DNA from: a virus
Taxonomy: Duplodnaviria > Caudoviricetes
Strand: one strand, 5' to 3'
IMG/VR virus record: IMGVR_UViG_3300033121_001713
Location: 35,475-99,474 of that record
Length of the DNA stretch: 64,000 bases
Shown: piece by piece, positions 27,003-36,507 of the stretch
Numbering within the stretch: position 1 is the first letter of the stretch
Layout: every line of letters starts with the position of its first letter
Translations under genes and position numbers: made by a program
Notes under the pieces: generated by a model
The model's input: the letters and a program-made list of their open reading frames with translations, nothing else
What the model was told of the DNA's origin: nothing
The model's database searches: none

Positions 27003-28343
27003 GTGAAGGAAAGCAAGAGCATCACGGAGACCCTCGACGACGAGTACCTCGGATATGCGATGTACACGATCGAGAACAGGGCGATCCCATCCGCAATAGA
27101 CGGCTTCAAGCCTACTCAGCGGAAGGTGATCCACATGGCCAGCAAGATCTGGAAGAGTGGAACAGAGAAGCCTATCAAGATCTTCCAGCTCTCTGGCAAG
27201 ATGGCGGCCGAATGCGCTTACCACCACGGCGATGGATCAGCCAGCTCGGCAGCGATCAACCTTGCACAGAAGTTCAAGAACAGCATGCCTCTGCTCGAGG
27301 AGATCGGGCAGTTCGGATCGATGCGATCGCCTGAACCTGGCGCCGCTAGGTACATCTCCACCAGGCTCTCGGAGAACTATCGCCTCCTTTACAAGGATCA
27401 GGAGCTCACCGAACCCAAGTTCGAGGATGGGTTGGAGATCGAGCCGAAGTTCATGCTGCCGATCGTTCCGACCGTTCTGTTGAACGGATCCTCAGGCATC
27501 GCAGTCGGTTTCGCCACGAACATCCTCAATCGAGATCCAAAGGTCCTCATCGAGAGCTGCCTCTCGGTCTTGAATGGAAAGAAGTTCATCGATCCTTTAC
27601 CTTGGTGGAAGGATTGGAATGGCATCGTGACCAAGACCGGTCCCAGCTCTTTCCAAGTCTCTGGCACCTGGCGCCAGCTCGACACGAGCACGATCGAGAT
27701 CACCGAGCTGCCTCCATCCATGACTTTCAGCAAGTTCGACGACCTGCTCGAACAGCTGATCGAGAAAGGAGTCATCAAGTCCTATGAGGACAACTGCGGA
27801 AAGCAGATCTCTTACAAGATCAAGCTTGCGAGGGAGATCTTGCGAAACCTCATGACTCAGGGCAAGGTTGAGTCTACATTCAGGCTGGTCACTAACGAGA
27901 GCGAGAACCTGACCTGCCTCGACCAACACGGAAAGCTTCGAGAGTTCGAGACCGCCGAGGAGATCGTGCGCTTCTTCGTCGACTTCAGGCTCGGCTATTA
28001 CAGCAAGCGAAAGGACCTCCTGATCTCGAAACTTTCGGCTCGACTCGCCTACCTGAATAACCGGGCACGGTTCATCAAGTCGATCATGGATGGCCAGCTC
28101 AAAGTCAACAGGAGGCCTAAGGCTGACATCCTCGAAGACATCGTCAAGCTTCGCTTCGACAAGCACAACGATGGATACGGCTATCTGTTAGACATGCCGA
28201 TCCATTCCTTCACGAAGGAGACCTACGAGTCCCTGATCAAAGAGGCCAATGAGACTACGGCCGAGCTCGAAACGGTGAAAGCGACCGAGCCCATCGACAT
28301 GTACAGGACTGATCTCAAGCAGCTCCTGAAGTCGCTGAATTGA
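27003..28343 (+). CDS. gp52: Type II DNA topoisomerase breakage-reunion subunit (gp52, GyrA-like)
   Basis: RAIPSAIDGFKPTQRK, YHHGD, AARYI (catalytic Tyr), LLNGSSGIAVGFATNI. Confidence 0.96.
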   Translation: MKESKSITETLDDEYLGYAMYTIENRAIPSAIDGFKPTQRKVIHMASKIWKSGTEKPIKIFQLSGKMAAECAYHHGDGSASSAAINLAQKFKNSMPLLEEIGQFGSMRSPEPGAARYISTRLSENYRLLYKDQELTEPKFEDGLEIEPKFMLPIVPTVLLNGSSGIAVGFATNILNRDPKVLIESCLSVLNGKKFIDPLPWWKDWNGIVTKTGPSSFQVSGTWRQLDTSTIEITELPPSMTFSKFDDLLEQLIEKGVIKSYEDNCGKQISYKIKLAREILRNLMTQGKVESTFRLVTNESENLTCLDQHGKLREFETAEEIVRFFVDFRLGYYSKRKDLLISKLSARLAYLNNRARFIKSIMDGQLKVNRRPKADILEDIVKLRFDKHNDGYGYLLDMPIHSFTKETYESLIKEANETTAELETVKATEPIDMYRTDLKQLLKSLN

Positions 28344-28403
28344 TCCAGGACCACTCGAATAGTTCGTCTGATATTCTACTCAGGCGACGGGCATAGGATC
28401 CAC

Positions 28404-28526
28404 GTGGTAATCATTCTGCTGAATCTAGCCCTACCGATCATCTTGACTCTCGTTGTGTTCAGAGCAATGGAGGCGTCGATGAATGACACTAACTTCTGGA
28501 CAGGTAAACCGAACAAGAAGAAATGA
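28404..28526 (+). CDS. 40-aa single-TM protein (not in the ORF track)
   Basis: GTG start, MVIILLNLALPIILTLVVFRAM...NKKK*; stop overlaps the next ATG. Confidence 0.5.
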   Translation: MVIILLNLALPIILTLVVFRAMEASMNDTNFWTGKPNKKK

Positions 28527-28954
28527 AAGTCTCGCACACCAGGGAAAGCGATTTCCACACAGTCGAGGTTGACGTAGACGTAGACGAGGCCGTCTTTGAT
28601 GCTATCCATCGAGCGGCCACTGAGATATCGGATGCCACTAGCCATGTGATGACCGATGAGTCAGGCACTAAGATTTTCATCGGCATTGCTACTCCGAAGG
28701 GTAGGAAGCCCGGAGATCCGTTCTATACGATGCATCGGATCACGATCGAGAAATTGCCAGCAGAGGGCGCCGAAAGAATCGATCACATCGCTTACGCCAC
28801 ACAGGCCCTGTTAGGCGTCATCAGGGAGATCAATACCTCAACGCTCCATTCTAGCCCCACATCGCAGTTTGAATGCCTCGATCGTGCTCTAAAGAACGCC
28901 AAGTTTGCCATCGATCATCTCAAGCTATCCAAGGGCCAGCTTCCCGATACATAG
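28523..28954 (+). CDS. Hypothetical protein
   Basis: 143-aa ORF. Confidence 0.65.
   Translation: MKVSHTRESDFHTVEVDVDVDEAVFDAIHRAATEISDATSHVMTDESGTKIFIGIATPKGRKPGDPFYTMHRITIEKLPAEGAERIDHIAYATQALLGVIREINTSTLHSSPTSQFECLDRALKNAKFAIDHLKLSKGQLPDT
28946..28954 (+). promoter_or_regulatory. Putative late promoter GATACATAG
   Basis: Upstream of the baseplate hub/tape measure operon. Confidence 0.65.
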
Positions 28955-29048
28955 AGCTCCATGCTAAAGAGAGTCAGAGAGTCATCGGCTGCGACATCCG
29001 AGCGAGAGCATAAGATGGTGCCATACGCCGAAACAAAGACAGATTGGA

Positions 29049-30032
29049 ATGACAGATCGCATGGAGGAAGCTATGAGCTCGGACCTCGAGAAGAGGGAGC
29101 ATCAAACAAGTGAGCCAAAACCACAGGCTCAGGCCCAACAACAGACGGAGGCGCCCAAGCAGACGTCCTTAGGCAAAGCCACCCATTTCCAGGGTGGAGA
29201 CAACGAGCCTTCGAACGTTCCGCACGGTTACATCGAAATCTGGCCTGACGCATTTCCGACTAGGGGAATGTTCTATCCTGCTGGAACGAGGTTCTTCGTC
29301 AGGGCCGCGACCGTCGATGCGATAAGGCATTTCTCGACAATCGATGAGACTTCGCCTTTCTCGGTTAACGAGGGCCTGGTCGACGTGATCAAGATGTGCT
29401 TGCTCGTGAAGACGCTTGGGAAGCCTCTGACTTACAAGGACATCAAGGATGAGGATCGTATCCACATCATTCTCGCCATCCGTGAGGTGACCTTCGCTAA
29501 GGGCGAGAATCGATTGGCGGTCAAAGTCGAGTGCGGCTGTGGCACGGAGAACGAGATCGAGGTTAGGAATTCGTCGTTCAGGCGAGCTGATCTCGACGAG
29601 GATGTCATGCGTTACTACGACGAGGAAGGCAGGCGGTTCGTCTTCAAGACGAAATCTTTCGGCGACATCATCATTTCTCCTCCATCGATCGGTATCGCAA
29701 CAGTCGTGACGGACTATGTCCAAAGGCTGGGCGCCGAAGGAAAGGCCAAGCAGATCGACAAGGCATTCGTGAGAATGCTGCCTTTCATCATCCATGACTA
29801 TAGGACCACTGACGAGAAGGCCATCAAGAGGTTGCATGTGGACTTCCTCAGCTGGAGCAAAGAGAAGTTCCAACTGATGAATAACCTGATCGATAAAGTG
29901 AAGCTAGGGGTGAAGGAGACCCTATTCTCTGCATGTGCGAACTGTGGCGAGGAGATCGCCACTCCGATCACGTTTCCCGGAGGATTCAAGTCTCTTTTCA
30001 TTGTTTCAGATATCTCTGGAGAGCTCCTTTAA
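29049..30032 (+). CDS. Baseplate hub assembly/tail chaperone (T4 gp26-like)
   Basis: FPTRGMFYP, DRIHIILAIRE, CGC...CANC, FPGGFKSLF. Confidence 0.75.
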   Translation: MTDRMEEAMSSDLEKREHQTSEPKPQAQAQQQTEAPKQTSLGKATHFQGGDNEPSNVPHGYIEIWPDAFPTRGMFYPAGTRFFVRAATVDAIRHFSTIDETSPFSVNEGLVDVIKMCLLVKTLGKPLTYKDIKDEDRIHIILAIREVTFAKGENRLAVKVECGCGTENEIEVRNSSFRRADLDEDVMRYYDEEGRRFVFKTKSFGDIIISPPSIGIATVVTDYVQRLGAEGKAKQIDKAFVRMLPFIIHDYRTTDEKAIKRLHVDFLSWSKEKFQLMNNLIDKVKLGVKETLFSACANCGEEIATPITFPGGFKSLFIVSDISGELL

Positions 30033-30300
30033 GAATGATGTGTACCTTGCGTATCACATCAGGCTCCAGCCATCCGAGATCGATCGGATGCCTTACTACC
30101 GGTACGAGTATTACGTGCAGCACCTGACATCCATTTTGCAGGAGAAGAAGGACGCGGAAGAAGGGACGTCAAAGTCATATCAACAGGACCAACCATCGAT
30201 AAATAAGGCGATGGGAGATATGCGCAAGATGATGCCTAACCTTCCCACTGGCCAGGCGCCAAAGTTCCCAGGTCTTCCGCCAGGTCTCAAACTGACCTGA
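30001..30300 (+). CDS. gp51-like hub assembly protein; TTG start or expressed by a +1 frameshift from the upstream ORF
   Basis: LAYHIRLQPSEIDRMPYYRYEYYVQHL resembles gp51; no ATG before the conserved-looking region. Confidence 0.6.
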   Translation: MFQISLESSFKNDVYLAYHIRLQPSEIDRMPYYRYEYYVQHLTSILQEKKDAEEGTSKSYQQDQPSINKAMGDMRKMMPNLPTGQAPKFPGLPPGLKLT

Positions 30301-30306
30301 TGATGG

Positions 30307-33300
30307 GTGGCCGCACGAAATCAAACCTCCTCAATTGACTCGCTCAAGTCGGTCCTAGATCGACTTGAGCGCATGGTCGATTATGCAGCCGATGCCTCGG
30401 ATGAGTCATCCAGGCTGCTGACCAGCCTGGAGGCACAAGTCAAGGTCACAATTGGCGTCGAGCTAAGGAAGCAGACCAAGCTCCTTGAAGGGATAGAGGC
30501 TAGACTCGGTAAGCTCTCGATGGAATCTGGGTTCAGGGCCCTCAGGGCTGACCTTGCGGTTGGGGCGCAGCTCCAGGGAGAGGCCATAATGGAACAGGCC
30601 AAGCTGGAACAGGCCCAAAGTTTGATCCTGGGGTCCATTCGAGACGGGCAGAATGCGTACTTTGACCTTGCAATCGACCAATCCCTGGAGCAAACCCAGA
30701 CCCTCCAGGATATACAGTTGGGTCAGTCTGCTAGCGTTCTAGCAACTCGAGAGATCGGCCAAAAGCTTGCCGAGATGGCTGCGTCACAGGCCGCCATTTC
30801 GATGATGACCGATAGGATGGTTCAGTCCATCTCTGTCCTGGAATCGAAGATCTCGGAACAGACTTCTGCTATCAATGCTGCATTCAAGGGCAATTCTCCA
30901 GACGAGCAATTGAAGCAGAGGACCGGTTCGAAGGACGCGGAAAAGTTCGCCAAGGCGTTTGGATCCCTCTCCAAGGCAATAACCAGTTTGGTGGAGGCCA
31001 CCTCGGCATCCGGCAACAGTTCTGAACAGATCAAAAAATTCCTTCTCTCCTTCGCCGAGGGAATCATAGCCTTTTCGGATAAGGTCGATCCGAAAAAGAT
31101 GGAGTCGGTTCAGAAGCTGATCGAATCGTTCAGCCGCTTTGCGATCGGTTGGAGCCTCTCGTTCGCGATGGCTATCCCGATCCTGAAGCTCAGCGTGATC
31201 GGAGCAGAGCTGTTCGCCTCAGCCCTGAATGCGCTCATCAAGGGAGTCGAACAGGTCGATGAACAGAAGGTCAAGTCGATAGCTTCGCTTGTCGTGCTCG
31301 GTAGATCGGCGTTCCTCTTTGGCCTCAGTCTAGCCGGATTTGCTTTGATCGGTAGGCTAGCGATCACCGGTGCAAGTCTGTTCAACAGAACGGTAGAGAC
31401 ACTCATCAAGGGAGTTCAAGAAGGCAAGGATCCAAAATCGATCGAGTACGTCGAAAGATTGCTAGCGATAGGCAGAGGATCCTTCCTCTTTGGCCTTAGC
31501 CTAGCAGGATTCGCGATCGTTGCACCGATTGCTATCATCGGAGCTGGTCTCTTCGCCTTGACGGTCAAGACGATGCTCTTCGCATTGAGCACTATCGACG
31601 ACAAAAAGGTAGAAGGCGTCAGGAACCTCATGTCCCTAACTAAGGGCATCATCTGGTTCGCTGTCTCGCTTGCCTTGACCTCGCTGGTTTGGAAGGAAGT
31701 TCTCATTGGCGCAGTCGCATTCGCTGGCACTGTTGCCCTCTTGGGCATGGCCTTAGAATTCATCTCCACCAAGGATGTCAAGGAAGGAGTTGGATCCCTC
31801 TTCAAGCTATCGTTGGGATTGGCATCGCTAGGACTTGGCCTGCTAGCATTCTTCATTCTCGCTCCTCCAGAAGTTACCATTCACACGGTCCTATCGGTAG
31901 GAGCCATCGCCCTCACATTCTTCCTCGTAGGTAAGGTCTCCGAAGAAATAACGCAGGGCGCAATTGCGATGGCGTTTGTCTCGTTCTCCTTGCTCACGAT
32001 CTCCCTTTCGTTGCTCCTGTTCAGGGCCACTGGCCTTAATGCTGGAGATGGACTGAACGTGGCCATCACTTTAGGGTTGCTAGCCCTACCGTTCATGATC
32101 GCTGGCATCAAGCCGATATCGAAATGGATCGCCTATGGCGCGATCGCTTTGACATTGGCTGCAGTCTCGCTCTCTGCTATCTCTATCGGGTTGCTGATAT
32201 TCAAGGCATCCGAGTTCACCACCGACGATGCGCTCGTATTGGCCAGCACTATCGGCGGATTGGGTGTGGTCTTCGCGTTGGCTGGAATTCCTCTGGTAGC
32301 CGCAGCCATTCTGCTAGGTTCTGTCGCATTGGGTGTTGCCGGATTTTCTTTGGGCATCATCAGCATCGGCATGATGCTCTTCAAGAAGGCTGATTTTGGT
32401 GAGGAAGATGGAGAGAATTTGAAGGTGGCGCTGGGATCCCTTGTTACTGGATTCTTGGGTGGAGAAATTCCAGGCGGAATACTGGCAGGAATATCGTACG
32501 CTGCTAAGCTAGCTGCAAGGACCGCTCTGATGAGGTACGTTGTGCCGCCAATGGTCTTGGCAGCTGGCGCCCTTGGCCTCATCAGCGTTGGCCTCATGGC
32601 ATTCAAGAAAGCCAATTTCAATCAATCCGACGCAGAGAACATGGAGTATGCGATCGGATCGCTTGTCAAGGCGTTCTCGATAGTGGTTGACAAGAAGAGG
32701 CAAGAGGAACTAGGGATCGATATCAACCCAGTGACGATGTTCGCCTCCGTGGCGGCTCTCTCTGGATTGGGCAACGTAGTTTTCGAGCTAGGCCGAGGCA
32801 TCCAGTCGATCGCCAACCTCGAGATAGTAGAATACGGCATCAAGGACGGTAAGCTTGTTCCGAAGTCGGTAAGGAAACTCAACGATTCCGATTTCACTGC
32901 AGCTGGAGAGAACATAGGCAGGATCCTTAGCGCCCTGGCCGAACCGTTGGCCCAGATCGGGATGTTAGAGAAAGAGGGATCTTCTGGTAACCCTATTTTC
33001 GATGCGATCTTCTCTAACGGTTACATCAGCACCGGGATCGAGTCTATCTCTGATCTTGGAGAGACCATAGCTAATCTCGGTCGTGGGATCAAGGACTTTG
33101 CTAATCTTCAGATCGTCGAGTACGGCGTCAAGGACGGAAAGCTGGTACCGATCAAGGTCACGAGAATGGCTGAGACCGACTTCGTCTCCGCCTCATTGAA
33201 TATCGGCAAGATCACCGGCTTCCTGGCCAACGAGTTCTATAAGATCGGCAAGATGGAGGACGAGAGCGATGGATGGTTCTCCGACGGGTATGTCACCAAC

Positions 33301-34491
33301 GGAGTAGAAGCCATCGCTGGAATGGGCGACAACCTTGTCGCATTAGCGAAGGCCATCACTGCCATGGCTAGGCTAGAAGTGGTTGAGCACGTCATCAAGG
33401 ACGGTAAGCTCGTTCCTAACCGAGTAATCGCTATCGGACAGGATCAATTGGCATCCGCGTCCCTCAACATTGGATTGATCCTTGGATTCCTTGCCAGCGA
33501 GTTTGCCAAGATCGGCAAGATGGAAGATGAGGGAAGCGGCTGGTTCTCAGATGGCATGGTCACCAAGGGCCGTGATGCCATTATTGGGATGGGCAAGGAC
33601 ATCTCGTCCGTTGTCGATGCGATACTCAAAATTTCGACTTCGGAGTTCACGACCTATCGCGTGGAGAACGGACAGCTAGTCCCGGTTTCTACTAGGAAGA
33701 TCAATTCGGATGATCTCAAGCTGGCGTCGGAGAACATTGGCCTAGTTCTTTCGCTGTTCGCTACAAGATTAGCTTCTGTTGGAGAATACATGGCCGATCG
33801 CGAAGACAAGATCAAGCTAGCGACCAAGTATCTGCCAAAGATGTCTGCCTTCGTTGGAAGCAGCGCTGATGCATTGACAAAGTGGTCACAGGTGCCAGAT
33901 CCGAAGGCCAATATGATGTCCTTGACGGAATTCCTATCTTCCACCGTGGATGTCTTCGATCCGACCAAGGATAGAGATCTTCCGATGAAGGTCGGATATT
34001 TCGCTCTCTTCTCGAAGAACATGGCTGCGTTGGCAGCTGCTGGAGACGGATTGGACAGATCGGCCAAGAACCTTGAGAGGATCGAGAAATCGATGAAGGC
34101 GATCAAGGAGAGCATCAATGGCACCGATCTCAAGAAGCTCACGACCACAGACTCTTTGGTCAAGTCATTGGCTATTCTCTCGAAATCGCCAGAGATGACT
34201 GCAAAGGCGTTGAAAGAATCGATTCACGATGTCTTCGAACGGTTCATAGAATCACTGAAAGAAGCAGTAGGCGACATGAGAGAATCGTCAGTCACGGCAT
34301 CGTCGCAGGCGCCAGTTATCATTCAACAGCAGGCTCCGCAGCAGATTACGCCTGCTGCCGCCATCCAGGCACAGGCCCAACAGTCAAGGACTGATGTCGT
34401 CAAGATGGTCGAGTCGCTTCGTGATCAGATCCTCGATGGCTTGAGCACCATCGAGATGAAAGTTAGGGTAGTCAACAACAACACGTTCTAA
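30307..34491 (+). CDS. Tail tape measure protein
   Basis: 1394 aa, Ala/Gly/Leu-rich helical repeats, long hydrophobic middle; follows the gp26/gp51-like genes. Confidence 0.8.
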   Translation: MAARNQTSSIDSLKSVLDRLERMVDYAADASDESSRLLTSLEAQVKVTIGVELRKQTKLLEGIEARLGKLSMESGFRALRADLAVGAQLQGEAIMEQAKLEQAQSLILGSIRDGQNAYFDLAIDQSLEQTQTLQDIQLGQSASVLATREIGQKLAEMAASQAAISMMTDRMVQSISVLESKISEQTSAINAAFKGNSPDEQLKQRTGSKDAEKFAKAFGSLSKAITSLVEATSASGNSSEQIKKFLLSFAEGIIAFSDKVDPKKMESVQKLIESFSRFAIGWSLSFAMAIPILKLSVIGAELFASALNALIKGVEQVDEQKVKSIASLVVLGRSAFLFGLSLAGFALIGRLAITGASLFNRTVETLIKGVQEGKDPKSIEYVERLLAIGRGSFLFGLSLAGFAIVAPIAIIGAGLFALTVKTMLFALSTIDDKKVEGVRNLMSLTKGIIWFAVSLALTSLVWKEVLIGAVAFAGTVALLGMALEFISTKDVKEGVGSLFKLSLGLASLGLGLLAFFILAPPEVTIHTVLSVGAIALTFFLVGKVSEEITQGAIAMAFVSFSLLTISLSLLLFRATGLNAGDGLNVAITLGLLALPFMIAGIKPISKWIAYGAIALTLAAVSLSAISIGLLIFKASEFTTDDALVLASTIGGLGVVFALAGIPLVAAAILLGSVALGVAGFSLGIISIGMMLFKKADFGEEDGENLKVALGSLVTGFLGGEIPGGILAGISYAAKLAARTALMRYVVPPMVLAAGALGLISVGLMAFKKANFNQSDAENMEYAIGSLVKAFSIVVDKKRQEELGIDINPVTMFASVAALSGLGNVVFELGRGIQSIANLEIVEYGIKDGKLVPKSVRKLNDSDFTAAGENIGRILSALAEPLAQIGMLEKEGSSGNPIFDAIFSNGYISTGIESISDLGETIANLGRGIKDFANLQIVEYGVKDGKLVPIKVTRMAETDFVSASLNIGKITGFLANEFYKIGKMEDESDGWFSDGYVTNGVEAIAGMGDNLVALAKAITAMARLEVVEHVIKDGKLVPNRVIAIGQDQLASASLNIGLILGFLASEFAKIGKMEDEGSGWFSDGMVTKGRDAIIGMGKDISSVVDAILKISTSEFTTYRVENGQLVPVSTRKINSDDLKLASENIGLVLSLFATRLASVGEYMADREDKIKLATKYLPKMSAFVGSSADALTKWSQVPDPKANMMSLTEFLSSTVDVFDPTKDRDLPMKVGYFALFSKNMAALAAAGDGLDRSAKNLERIEKSMKAIKESINGTDLKKLTTTDSLVKSLAILSKSPEMTAKALKESIHDVFERFIESLKEAVGDMRESSVTASSQAPVIIQQQAPQQITPAAAIQAQAQQSRTDVVKMVESLRDQILDGLSTIEMKVRVVNNNTF

Positions 34492-34493
34492 CA

Positions 34494-35207
34494 TTGTCGA
34501 AGAAGAACAGGAAGTTTGAGGAGTGGGAGCAACCGGCGCCAACCTCGCCGTTGGATGGGGTCAAAGTCGATCTCAAGTACAAGAATCAATCACAGAAGGA
34601 GTTCGCTAGCCTGATCAAGAACAAGGAGATTGTCATCTGTAGCGGCTCTCCAGGAACAGGAAAGACGATAGTCTCCTGTTTCGAAGCGCTCAGGCTTCTG
34701 AAAGTCGATCCTACTATCAAGGAGATTGTCTTGGTCAAATCTGTGACGCAGCTGAAGGAGGAGGATTTGGGATACATGAAAGGAACGTTGAAGGAGAAGA
34801 TGGAGCCATTCGTCCATTCGTTCATCTACAACTTCGAGAAGATCGTTCCTAAAGACGTCGTCAGGCGTTTGCGTGACAGCGAAATCATCAGGGTCATGCC
34901 AATCGCGATGATGCGCGGAATCAACCTTGACAACTGTGTCGTATTGGTGGATGAGGTTCAAAACATCTCGATCCAGAACGCTCATACGATTTTAACCAGG
35001 ATCGGTTTCAATTGCAAGATGATCCTGTTGGGTGACGCAAATCAATCTGACTTGAAAGACAAGAAGCAGTCGTCCCTGAACGTCCTGATAGAGATGTTCA
35101 AGGATGACGGCGATGTTGGCACTATACATTTCGGCGATGACTGCATCGTTCGCAATCCCATAATTGCGAGGATCGAAGAGAAGTTCAGGGATCGCGAACG
35201 ATCCTAA
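34494..35207 (+). CDS. phoH: PhoH-family ATPase
   Basis: GSPGTGKT, LGYMKGTLKEKM, MRG, DEVQN, TRIG, LGDANQSD, VRNPI. Confidence 0.95.
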   Translation: MSKKNRKFEEWEQPAPTSPLDGVKVDLKYKNQSQKEFASLIKNKEIVICSGSPGTGKTIVSCFEALRLLKVDPTIKEIVLVKSVTQLKEEDLGYMKGTLKEKMEPFVHSFIYNFEKIVPKDVVRRLRDSEIIRVMPIAMMRGINLDNCVVLVDEVQNISIQNAHTILTRIGFNCKMILLGDANQSDLKDKKQSSLNVLIEMFKDDGDVGTIHFGDDCIVRNPIIARIEEKFRDRERS

Positions 35208-35214
35208 TACATAG
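35206..35214 (+). promoter_or_regulatory. Putative late promoter AATACATAG
   Basis: 10 nt before ATG 35225. Confidence 0.65.
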
Positions 35215-35224
35215 AATTGCTCGC

Positions 35225-35767
35225 ATGAGAGTGTTTGTGACGAGCGACATGTTCTTCGGACGCCAAAAAACGGCCGAAGATCGCGGGTTCAAGACCAGCG
35301 ACGAGATGGAAGACGCGATCATCGAAAGATGGAACCAGAAGGTCAAGGAATCCGACTTGGTGTATCACCTAGGGAATTTTTCCTGGGATCCTATTTCGGG
35401 CGAAACAGTCCTTCCTTACCTGAACGGAAAGATAGTCTTCGGATCTGGCCTCTATGATCGACACCTTGGAGAGCTTTCCAGGATCGTGATTGGCCAGCAC
35501 AGTCTTCTAACACAGAGCATCAATGTCCTAAGGGACATTCCTATCTCAAGGAAGAAAACGGTCGATCTCGTTGTCTCCTATTGGCCTCTCTTAGATTGGC
35601 CAGGAAAAGATGATGGGATCATACATCTTCACGGTGGTAACATCCCTTCGGACCTGGACTCTGGGTCCAGGTTCTGTGTTGGATGCGACAGGTGGGAACT
35701 GAGGCCTATTGAAGTGGATTCGCTCATCGACATTGTCGCTGAACATCGAACAGCATCAAAGAAGTGA
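35225..35767 (+). CDS. Calcineurin-like metallophosphoesterase homolog with degenerate metal ligands
   Basis: VFVTSDMFFG, EMEDAIIERWN, DLVYHLGNF, HLHGG, VGCDRW..RPI. Confidence 0.75.
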   Translation: MRVFVTSDMFFGRQKTAEDRGFKTSDEMEDAIIERWNQKVKESDLVYHLGNFSWDPISGETVLPYLNGKIVFGSGLYDRHLGELSRIVIGQHSLLTQSINVLRDIPISRKKTVDLVVSYWPLLDWPGKDDGIIHLHGGNIPSDLDSGSRFCVGCDRWELRPIEVDSLIDIVAEHRTASKK

Positions 35768-35837
35768 GCGACTTATAGACAAAGCGCTAACTGGTTCAGG
35801 GTTTCGGTTATTTTAGGAACACGCAACTTTTACTGAC

Positions 35838-36476
35838 ATGAGCGAGACGGATAACATCAGGGAGCTTGGGATCGAGTTCAAAGAGACGAGGAGCGAGAAG
35901 TCTTTCGTGAAGTTGTACAACCGCATAGCTCCAGGACTGGAGTTATACCTCATGAAGATCATGAAGGATAGGGATCTGGCTGGTTACATGCTTACGAAGA
36001 CAATGGGCAAAGTCTATCAGAGCATCGATCAGTACAAGACGGAATACCAGATCTCGACTTGGATCTATCGGATCGCGTACATCAATGCCTGCTTCGAACT
36101 TCGAGCCATCAAGAAGAAGAAGATCAGCTACATGAGCGAGTTCGATGGCGAAAACAAGCATCAGCTCTCGAAGCTCGAATACGACCAGGCAGTAGAGAAC
36201 ATGGAGGTCGACGAGACCATCCATGAGCGCCACACCACAGACGAGATCGCGGATGCAGTTCAAAGGCTGCCAGAGTATGAATTCAGGCTCGTGATGGATA
36301 GGTTCTATGAGGGCATGGATTTCAAGACATTGGCTGCTAAGCATGGCATGGATGTGTCATCAGCAAAGCGCGCGGTGAACAAGGCCAAGAAGATGATGAA
36401 GAGGATGCTCGACGGCGAAGAGCCGCTCGAGATGGATGAGGCCTTGATCGAAGAACCGCTCGAGATCGAAGATTGA
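35838..36476 (+). CDS. Phage RNA polymerase sigma factor (sigma-70/ECF-like)
   Basis: FVKLYNR, IDQYKTEYQISTWIYRIA (region 2), LPEYE...RFYEGMDFKTLAAKHG (region 4); preceded by GTTATTTTAG 35807-35816. Confidence 0.88.
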   Translation: MSETDNIRELGIEFKETRSEKSFVKLYNRIAPGLELYLMKIMKDRDLAGYMLTKTMGKVYQSIDQYKTEYQISTWIYRIAYINACFELRAIKKKKISYMSEFDGENKHQLSKLEYDQAVENMEVDETIHERHTTDEIADAVQRLPEYEFRLVMDRFYEGMDFKTLAAKHGMDVSSAKRAVNKAKKMMKRMLDGEEPLEMDEALIEEPLEIED

Positions 36477-36507
36477 TGACAAGCTGGGGCTCGACATAGA
36501 AGCCCCA

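Noticed and set aside
28961-29113. ~50-codon ORF starting just after the late motif at 28946
   Set aside because: Overlaps the gp26-like gene out of frame and has no recognisable features; more likely an untranslated leader, though a uORF is not excluded.
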